Part shown: one piece after another, positions 47,687 through 64,000 of the stretch
How the letters are laid out: each line of letters opens with the position of its first letter
Numbering within the stretch: position 1 is the stretch's first letter
Assembly: GCF_009914755.1 (NCBI RefSeq)
Contig: NC_060926.1
Source: the human T2T-CHM13v2.0 reference genome, Homo sapiens
Length of the DNA: 64,000 bases
Reading direction: 5' to 3' (one strand)
Notes under the pieces: generated by a model
Told to the model about the DNA's origin: nothing
The model's input: only the letters and a program-made list of their open reading frames with translations
Databases searched by the model: none
Position numbers and translations under genes: made by a program

Positions 47687-48095
47687 TTTGTTCTTGCATT
47701 ACTATAAAGAAATATCTGAGGCTGGGTAATTTATAAAGAAAAAAGGTGTAATGGCTCATGGTTCTGCAGGCTGTACAAGCATGGTGCCAGCATTGCTCAG
47801 CTTCTGGTGAGGCCTCAGGAAGCTTCCAGTCATGGCAGAAGGTGAAGAAGGAGCAGGCACATCACAGGGTAAGAGGGGAGTAAGAGTGGAGGGGGAGGTG
47901 CCACATGCTTTTAAACAACCACATCTTGTGTGAATTAACTGAGCAAGAACTCACTTATCACCAAGGGGATGGTGCAAAACCATTCATGAGGGATGGGCCC
48001 CCATGACCTAATGGCCTTTCACCACGCTTCACCTCCAACATTGGGAATCACATTTCAACATGAGATTTGGAGGGGACAAACACCCAAACCATATT
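47687..48095 (-). mobile_element. MST-type MaLR LTR
   Basis: ttgcattactataaagaaatatctgaggctgggtaatttataaag...gagatttggaggggacaaacacccaaacc. Confidence 0.8.
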
Positions 48096-48218
48096 ATCTC
48101 TCTTCCTGAGCCTTATCTTTTACATTTAGAGCTACAATCCACCTAGAATTGTTTTCATCTATAATGTGAAATGGGGACTAACTCTTCCTTGCCTTCATAA
48201 AAAATTTCCATTAGGCTA

Positions 48219-48362
<144 letters not shown>

Positions 48363-48771
48363 TCATGCACACCACCTTTGTCATAAATCAGTTCCCTACA
48401 TATGGGTTCTGTTCTATCGGTTTATTTGTCAATATCTCTACCAGTATCACACTGTCTCAATTACTGTAGACTTATAACATGTCTTAATATCTAGTAGAGT
48501 ATGTCCTTGCACATTCTTTCTCAGGAGTGTCATGATTATTCTTGACCATAAAAAATATACATTTTAGAATCCACTTGTCAATTCCACAAAAATTAACTCA
48601 TTGCAATTTTGATTGGGACTTCATTGACTCTATTGACTCTACTGTCATTTAAGGAGAAATGACATCTTTACTACTTTAGGTCTTCCAATACATCAACAAA
48701 GCACACACCTCTATTTATTTAGGTCATTTTCCATTTCTTTAAAAATATTTTTAGGTTTTTTGTATAGAGGT

Positions 48772-49602
<831 letters not shown>

Positions 49603-49948
49603 GAGGTATTACACACCTTTTTTTAGATTTGTTACTAGATATTTGATATGTTTTGATGCTATGGTAAAGAGAATCTCTCTTAAATTTCATTTTTTAATCA
49701 TTTGATGCTTAACTAGGAATGCAAAGAATTCAGTTTTATTTCTTCCTCTATCCTTAATTCTGTTTTGTAGTTGTTGTTGTTGTTGTTGTACTGGTTGGGA
49801 CCTCCAGTATAATTAGTACTCTAAATGTTTAGAGTAAACAGTTTCAACCATTAAGTACAATGTTTTCTGTAGTATTAAAAAATAGGGCCGGGCGCGGTGG
49901 CTCACGCCTGTAATACCAGCACTTTGGGAGGCTGAGGTGGGCGGATCA

Positions 49949-50187
<239 letters not shown>

Positions 50188-50873
50188 TCATGAAATAAAC
50201 CCAACTTTGTTGTGATGTATCATTTTATTTTTTTAATATTTAGTTTGCCATTATTTTGTTTAATGAAGACTTTAACTTATAAGCAGTTTATATTAATTTG
50301 AGGTAGTCTAATGTTTTTGCTGCAACAATCAGAAAATAAAATGGATAAATTGCAAAATTATACTTTTAAAGATATTAGAGAGTTTTGGAACAAGGAGGAA
50401 TAGATGAACTGAAATTCTAGAAGGGTAAGAACCCTCTCTAGGTGAACTAACAATTGTCTTTGTTTTCTTCACCTGTGGGCCTGACCCCCAGGCAGAAAGA
50501 CGCTAGTAGAAGAAGGAGAAACCAGTAGAACTTTTGACAGTCGCACAGGGCTGTTGTGACCTATAAGAAACTGGAAGAGCCCAAATGCAAGGCTAGTTTC
50601 CCGTGAGACATTTTCTGAGTTTTAGGGTGATCTGTGAGGCTGGGAGCTGGGCCAAAAAGGCAAACTGAACTCTCCCATTGTCTTGTTCTGCTTAGGGAAA
50701 AAAATTCTACGAAGGGAAAGGAGTCTTTCACAAATTCACAACTAGTCTGTCACTCATGCTGGTGACATGCTTGTTCAGCCTGAAGAATTGTGAGACAAAT
50801 AAACTTTTCTTTATAAATTACCCAGCCTCAGGTATTCCTTTATAGCAACAAACAAAAAAATGGACTGACACAG

Positions 50874-51617
<744 letters not shown>

Positions 51618-51862
51618 ATGGAGGCCAAAGAGCTAAGCTCACACCTCGAAAGCACAGGACTTCATGTTTTCAGGGCTGAGGACTCAATTAGGACTTGTAA
51701 AATCAGGACTTTACAAACTCTCAATTAAAAGCCCTGACCCAACTCAATCACTGATTGGAGTGGACTGTCCTTCAGTCTATCTGTCTAACTGAGGAAAGGA
51801 GGAATACCCACTAGTAAGAGATGTCAGTTGGAGCCTTCATCTCTTGTACACAAGGTCTGTCA

Positions 51863-52177
<315 letters not shown>

Positions 52178-52209
52178 TCAAAAAAAGAAAGAAAAGAAAA
52201 GAAAAAAAG

Positions 52210-52560
52210 AAGCAGAAAAATATGACCAATGACCAAGAGAAAATATTAACAATAGAAGTAGACCAATGGAGGATCCAGATATCAGAAATAGCAAAGACTT
52301 TAACTGTTATAAATATGTTAAGTTAGAGGAAAATATAGATAAGATGGATGAAAACATGGAGAATTTCAACATGGAATTGAAATATATTTTAAAAAACAGG
52401 ATGAACATTCTAGAACTGAAACACATAATCTGTGAAATTAAGAACTCACTGGATGGCTTTAACAACAGACTGGAAACAGCAGGATTGGATTAGTGAATGA
52501 AAGACAGGCTATTAGAAAACATTAAACTACAAGGAGGAAAAAGATCGTAAAGAAACAGAA
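52210..52560 (+). mobile_element. Old L1 ORF1 coiled-coil remnant
   Basis: ORF 52266..52493 ...ILELKHIICEIKNSLDGFNNRLETA resembles L1M ORF1p. Confidence 0.65.
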
Positions 52561-52976
52561 AATTATGTGCTTATTGGCCACTCATATCTTGGCCACTCAT
52601 ATCTTTTATGGTAAAGTATCTGTTCAAATCTCTGGGCCATTTTTTAAGAAATGTGTTGTTTGTGCTTATAGAAACAATACATTGAGTTGTAGATATTCCT
52701 GTAGATATTCCCAACACATTGAGTTGTGTACATCTTGAGTTGTAGATATTCCTTTTATACCCTGAATACCAGAACTTTCTCAAGTATATAGAAATTTTTT
52801 CTCAAATATTCAAATTTTTAAAAAATTGAGGTGAGGCTGGGTGCAGTGGCTCATGCCTATAATCCAAACACTTTAGGAGGCCGAGGCAGGACAATCAGTT
52901 GAGCCCAGGAGTTCGAGACCAGCCTGGGCAACATAGCGAGACTCTGTCTCTATAAAAAGTTTTAAAAAATTAGTCA

Positions 52977-53111
<135 letters not shown>

Positions 53112-53149
53112 CTATCTGAATCAATCAGTCAGTCAATCAATCAATAAAA

Positions 53150-57200
<4,051 letters not shown>

Positions 57201-58247
57201 TGAGCCACCACGCCCAGCTAGTTTTCGTCTTTTTTGTAGAGATGGGGGTTTCACCATGTTGGCCAGGCTAGTCTCAGACTCCTGAGCTCAAGCAATCCAT
57301 CTGCCTCGGCCTCCCAAACTGCTGGAATTACAGGCATGAGTCACCACATCCAGACCTATATTTCTTTTCAATGGTGCCTTTTGGTGAGCCAAAGTTTTTA
57401 ATTTTGATGAAGTTTATCATCTTTTCTTATATGGCGATTGCTTTCTGTGTCTTATCTAAGGACTTTTTACCTATCTCTGAATATGAAGATATTCAATTTC
57501 CTCTAAAAGTTTTATGGTTTTAGCTTTTATATTTAAGTTCATAATCTATCACAAATTAAGTTTTGTATGGTGTGAGGGAATTAAAAAGTCCAAGAAGAGG
57601 ATAAAATAAGCTCTTTTGCTTAGAGATGCATACAGAGATAGTAAATTTATAAAGTAGAGCAGGATAACTAGTGTAATAGAAGTCAGGATACTGATTATAT
57701 CTTGGAGGAGAGATAGAATTATTATCAGAAAGGCGTATGCATGTAGCTTGTAGGGTGCAATGATAATCTATTTTTTGACCTGGTGAATGAGTTATGTGGT
57801 TGTTTGCTTTGTTACAGGTCATGCCTTAGAATAGTAAAGAATGATGAAAAAAGATCCAAACTATAACAACCACAAAATAAAAGACTGATAAATTCAACCA
57901 CATTAAAATTAAGAACATCTATTCCTCAAAAGACTCCATTGTTATTACATATTATTACACATTCTTTTCTAGGAGCATTATTTTTCTTTTCTTAGCTAGG
58001 TCTTTCATATCCCTGGAACTGATTTTTGTGTTTTTAAAAAACTTTCTTAAACATTTTATTTATAGCTTTTTTATATTTTGTTTATTGCTTATGCAGATTC
58101 TCACTAAGGGTGGCTTGCTTTGCCTTCTCATGAACTTGATCATCTTTGATTGCAAGCTCGATCTGAATCTGTGGGTCCTATAGCTCCAAAGTGGAAAGCT
58201 CTCTTCCAAAGAGGATTTGTTCCTGCTTCTGTTTGTAGCCAAAGATG

Positions 58248-58639
58248 CTAGGTTGGTGCAAAAGTAATTGCAGTTTTTGCAATTACTTTTAATGGCAAAA
58301 CCACAATTTCTTTTTTTTTTCTTTTTTATTTTTTGAGATGTAGTCTTGCTTTTGTCACCTAGGCTGGAGTTCAATGGCACAATCTCAGCTCACTGCAAAC
58401 TCCACCTCCCAGTTTCAAGCGATTCTCCTGCCTCAGCCCCCTGAGTGGCTGGGATTACAGGTGCATGCCACCACGCCTGGTTAATTTTTGTATTTTTAGT
58501 AGAGTTGGGGTTTCACCATCTTGGCCAGGCTGGTCTCCTGATCTCAGGTGATCCACCTGCCTTGGCCTCCCAAAGTGCTGGGATTACAGGCATGACCCAC
58601 CACACGGCCAAAACCACAATTTCTTTTGCACCAACCTAA
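58248..58639. mobile_element. MADE1 (Hsmar1 MITE) split by an antisense Alu
   Basis: TAGGTTGGTGCAAAAGTAATTGC...TTTTGCACCAACCTAA terminal inverted repeats; Alu 58311-58609 with TSD aaaaccacaatttctt. Confidence 0.9.
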
Positions 58640-61600
58640 TACCATTTCAGGACCACTTCAGCGTCTTGGCTCAATTCATCCTTCCCAACCGTGTGTTGGC
58701 CAAAACTTTAGTATCTTAATAGCAGTGCTGCTACTATCAGCATTTTGCTCAGGACAACTCTGGTTTTGTTTTCTTTTTTGGAGGGGAAGTTTCTTTAGAG
58801 ACCTTCGCTACCTCTTAAGAGACTAACACTGTCTCAGAGAAATGAGTCTATCCAAGGTCTAATTATTCCATAGCAGAAGGGTGCTTCAGCAAACCTAGTC
58901 AGCCTTTATAGGATATTTGAAAGTCCCTAATAATATATTTTGCACAGTGCTCCAGATCATTACATATAGAGCGTCTTCATTTTATAAGGCTGCATAGCCA
59001 TCTGTTGTATGGGATCTATTTAGCCCATTTCCCAATTATTGATCTGTAGATTCCATCCAATTGTTTGCTATCACAAGCAATGTTGCAATGTCATTTCACA
59101 CCTGTGTGAGTATATCTGTATTATAAATTCCTAGAAATAGAATTACTGCCTCACATTTCCTCTATAGAGGTTGTATCAATTTATAATTTTATATTGTTTA
59201 CACATGCTGACATTTACATGGAATAGTTGCTTTATGTACTTTAAAAGAAATATACCACATTACTTTTTGACAAAGAATCAATGCAGTGTTACAATTTGGG
59301 TATTTCATTGAACTCATTAAGAAGGAGATTTTATGAGATTTGAAGGGAAAAGTAAAACCTTCCGAGTACACGTGGAATACTAAGCAAAATTGATCAAATG
59401 CAAGTTCATTGCTTCGTGAGCTTCAAGTGTCTCAAATGCTATTCTTTACATGCGGAAGAATATCTTATTTTTCTTTCCCTATCAAGAACCAATCTTTACA
59501 AAGATTTATTACTGTCAAACTTTTAATCTAGTCAATACATTTGTGAATCATTTATTTGAAAGTAGTTTAAATGAGCATGGAAGTCTGAAGTCTCACAACA
59601 GATTAGATGTCATGGAATTAAAGGTATGATGTTAAAATCAGTAACAGATTCTTTCATGTTTCTTCCTTTGCACACCGAAGTTAATAGCACCTTCCCAGGA
59701 TATTTTTATGATAGAAAACTAGCCCTGCCTCTTAAGCATTCATAAATAAATAAATCTAAATGATAAGAATATAAATAATCATTAACTTAGTACATTACTA
59801 ATTGAACTGAAGTCCATTTCTTGCTTTAAGATTATAGTTGTAAGGTTTTGGAAGCAAATAAAGAAAAAGGACGTTCATGTCTTCCAAGTTTTCCAGTTTA
59901 GAACACCAGGGTATCTAATGCAGAATATCTTCAGAGTAAAGCAAGTTAATGCTCACATTACTTGATGTCTTCAAGGACCAAATAGCTTATGTATATTTTA
60001 CTAGCAGAATATATTCTTATACTTTCTTTGCTTGAGCCACTGATTAAGTTATATTTGATTAAATAGTAAAGGAAGCCTTTATGATGTTACAGAAGGAAAG
60101 CCAGGAGATTACTAACACCTTTTTAGTACTTTAGAGCTAAGTAATCATCTTGACATATCTCAAATGTAAATGTATTACCTACGAGACAGGAAGGTGGGCT
60201 TGGAGGAATTTCTAGAAGCTGGGTTTGTCATAGTTTGGAACATGGCTGGACCTGGACTTGGCTTGGTTAATGGCTATGATCTGGGTTGTGCTGCTTTCTG
60301 TAGTTTCTCATTTCAGAATTAATTGGCCTACCAGGTTGAAGAAGACCCTGAAGGGACAGACCCAGCTAATGATGACCATGAGTGGATGTCCAGCCCAGCA
60401 GTCAGAACGTGGTATCCAAAAGTTATGGCCATAAACAACAGAAAGACCAAGTCAATAACAGGAAAATGCAACCTAAGGTATCATAAAACTGATCTAGGCT
60501 CCCACATATGGTTGTTCAGATCATGCACTGCACAACCCTAGATGATGCTATTTACATAGATGGTATGTCCTAACAAATAGACCAAGCATAGACTGGGAAT
60601 GCAGGAATGATAAATAAATAGTTGTCCAAATAGGAAATACATACAGTTGGAACAGAGAAAGCCTACTAATAGTCAAAGATTCAGAGGTAGGACTCCAGAC
60701 TAAGAAGATGGACCCAAAAGGAAATATTTCTGTCTTTAACAGAAAACAGAATCTCAAAGGTTTTGGCAGCTCGGGGTGTCATCAAGGAGTGATTCAGTAG
60801 GCGTCACCTTGAATTTCACCTCCTCTGGATTCTTGCTATTGCCATGGGCACTGTGGCTCAGTGGTGCACTACTCTGCCATTAAAGTTCTCACACAAGTGG
60901 GCAAAATACCTTCTTTTAATTCTTGATAGAACAGAAATAAACTGAAATTTTTCTTAAAAAAAGATTTTACTAAATACAAAAAATGAACAAAAAATAAATA
61001 TTTAAGGTAATATAAAATTGAACTATCTTTACTCAGCTTTTGCATGTCTAGGAATTTATCCAAAGGAAATAATTATGAATGTCAATTAAAATTTGATCAG
61101 AGAAGCAGAACAACTATGAGTGATCCAGAGGGATTTGTGTAGAGGACAGACCTTACACATTAAGTCAGTGTAGGAGCTGGTTGTGCAGTCTTTGTATGAC
61201 TGTGGTCCTTTGTGTGGTACTGAGCCTGAAGTCAGCAGGGCCCGTAGTTAGGAAGGGAAGATGCATGTGAAGTGGGAGTGAGCAAGGACAAACGGGGATT
61301 CACAGGTTGAGCTAAAACTGATAAAGTGAAACTAAAATTTGCATCTGCCTCTCATTGTTTCCAAACAACCAACTTCAATGATGTGGAAGACTTCGAGATG
61401 ATCTAATGCATTCCACCATGGAGCTGCACATGTACAAGGGCCAAAATCTGGAGAAGTTGAAAGCTGGATCTGTTGGACCCAGATATTAACCCATGGAGAT
61501 AGAGCTGGAATTGCTACTGGTCTGGTTGCTGGCTCCTTTAACAAGGTGAGGCAGCATGACAATGTATGTGAGCTGCAATGGTGCCTGACCCTGCACCAGT

Positions 61601-61981
61601 CTTCCAAGCCTAAGCATGATTGCTGCTACTATTCCACCATCCAAATCTCATGCAATTTTTTTATGGTTCTCATTAGCTCAGACGCATGCAGGGAGGCGGG
61701 GTCTGGGAAATGTAAAGTCCAGTTTACGTGACACCATACAAAGTCACTGTGTAACGCGTGTCACAAATTAACTACAGAGATTTTTATTGCAGTATTACTT
61801 GTGATAATAAAGAATAGGATACAACCTAACTTCCAACAATACAGAAATGGTTAAAAATGTATGAAACATCCACACATTAGAACATAATATATTACAAAGG
61901 GGGCTGGGTGTGGTGGCTCACGCCCATAATCCCCAACTTTGGGAGGCCAAGGCAGGTGGATCACTTGAGCCCAGGAGTTCA

Positions 61982-62241
<260 letters not shown>

Positions 62242-62318
62242 TTAAGCCCACGAATGTATGTTCACAATACATTATTATTGTACCTGGTTGTGTAAATACG
62301 AAATGTTATTGAGTCACT

Positions 62319-62828
62319 ATGGCAAACAGACTAACAGCATCCCAAAGATGGCCACTTCCTAATCCCAGAACTTGTGAATGTGTTAGCTTACACAGCAGAG
62401 GAGAATTAAAGTTACAGATAGAATTATTAAGGTTGATAATCAGCTGACTTTAAAGTAGAGATTATTTTGAATTATCTAGGTGGAACATTTAAGAGTGGAT
62501 AAAAGTGGAAGAGGGCAGGAGAAGAGGGTCAGAGAAAGAGATGTGATGATGGAAGAAAGGCTCAGAGAGATGCAGGTATTGTTTGCTTTGAAGTGGAGGA
62601 GGGGGCCATGAGCTAAGGAATGTCAGTGGCCTGTAGAAGCTGGAAAGGCAGATAAATGGATTCTCCCCTAGAAGCTTCAGAGAGGAGCTCAGCAGCCCTG
62701 TGAACCCTTGATTTTGGCCCAGTGAGACCCATGTCAGACTTACGTGCTCCACAACTGTAAGATAACACATTTGTGTTAGCTACGCTGCCATGTGGTCATC
62801 TGTTGCAGCAGCAATGGAAAACTAATAC
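62319..62828 (+). mobile_element. MLT1D/E-type LTR
   Basis: cctaatcccagaacttgtgaatgtg...gattctcccctagaagcttcaga...gcagcaatggaaaactaata. Confidence 0.8.
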
Positions 62829-64000
62829 TGCACTGTAACATAATAAATGGTCAAGGCCACCATGCATGCCACAATACCAAGTGGGAATTTCCAAGTGGAT
62901 GGCCTAGAACATATGATGTGGCTCTCAAACTCAAAGGAAGATATAGAAAGATGGCAAAAGCAGAGATGGACTACTTTGTGAGGTTTTCTTTGGGCAGAGC
63001 TGTGACTTTGCACTCTCCCTCCCAGCAGGAGAGGGGGACAGAGGGTAACTTCCCCTTCCCTTCACTAATTAGAGGGGCTTTAAGAACTTAGTCTGTATCC
63101 CCTTGAGTTTGGGGCCACAAAGGACTGAGTCTAACTGCTGCTCAGGAAACCTAAAGGGCAAGAAAGATGAACTGGTGATCTGCTTTGGTTTCAGAGGATG
63201 AAGGTCTGCAGCTGCGTTCAGCTCAGCCTGTCTCTCCCAGAGTTTGTCAGGACAGAGTAAATAGGTCATTTCTGTGGAACAAGTGTTTTTGCTCCTGCCT
63301 TAGGGAAGAGGAAGCAGATGATGAAGTTGCAATAGGAAGAGTCTGAATGAAAAACCCAGAGCTGAGCGGGTAACAGTAGCTGAGGAATAGGCTGTACAGC
63401 AGTGACAGGGGAATTACAGCTAGAGGGGCTCAGCAGGGGAGCCCCCAAAGAACCCATGGGTGTTTTTCCATGAGAGGTATTCAGCTTTGCATGTGTGCCA
63501 GCCTATGACAGTAAATCAAGTAAGAACTTCCCCCTCCTCCCTCCCTACAAAGTAACTAGGGTTACTTTGAAGAAGTGCTGGGTATAATTGATAAATTGAG
63601 ATATCTGCAAAAATTCTGATGCAACATGAAATTATCAGTGATTTATATTGGTGACAAGGTCACAGGTCCTATGAATACTAGTGGGGTTTGTTGTCTGCAT
63701 TCATAATAAAGAGATTGCTAAATTTCAGTTAGGAGTTACTGAAAATAAAGATGCAATTTCCCCTCATCCATGTTCTGTCCACATATACCGGGTTAAGAAC
63801 ACTAATCTAGTCCCAAAGTGTCCTGTCACGGATTAGCAAACTGCAGCCCAGTTTTTGACCCCTGTGAATTGTTTGATGACAAAGTAAACTAGTAGCAGAT
63901 TGAAGGCCTAGAACAATATCTATTCCCTTATTCCAAACTGCTTCATGTTGACTAGAATCTCAAGGATTCAGCATTGGCTTTAGCAACATGCAAATGACAG

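Noticed and set aside
59200-60000. Further - strand exon-like blocks (e.g. ...AFDQFCLVFHVYSE, KYPGKVLLTSVCKGRN, KIYISYLVLEDIK)
   Set aside because: Frames and boundaries are ambiguous, so they were not called, although they may belong to the candidate fossil gene
60317-60477. + strand exon-like block within ORF 60323..60541
   Set aside because: Single block with no partner exons, overlapping the better-chained - strand cluster

Overview
Human/primate genomic DNA, AT-rich and repeat-dense (about 40 Alus, many L1, LTR and DNA-transposon fossils). Positions 1011-32244 hold the last ten coding exons of DCAF17 (C2orf37, a DDB1-CUL4 substrate receptor and the Woodhouse-Sakati syndrome gene) on the + strand. 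All have GT-AG boundaries and splice into one open frame ending ...EEEETINRSC*, followed by a probable ~3.9 kb 3'UTR. Downstream are a DAP3 retrocopy that appears to keep intron sequence, a UFM1 retrocopy inserted in an old L1, a solo HERV-H LTR7-family LTR containing an Alu, and several other nested elements. The main unexplained signal is on the - strand. The non-repeat islands at ~39.0-40.7 kb, 45.8-46.9 kb and 60.2-60.8 kb break into short AG/GT-bounded, mostly phase-compatible, nearly open exon-like blocks. These may be the fossil of a compact multi-exon gene (candidate unitary pseudogene) that I cannot identify. Gene identities, exon numbers and repeat subfamilies come from recognition by eye, not database searches, and repeat boundaries are approximate.
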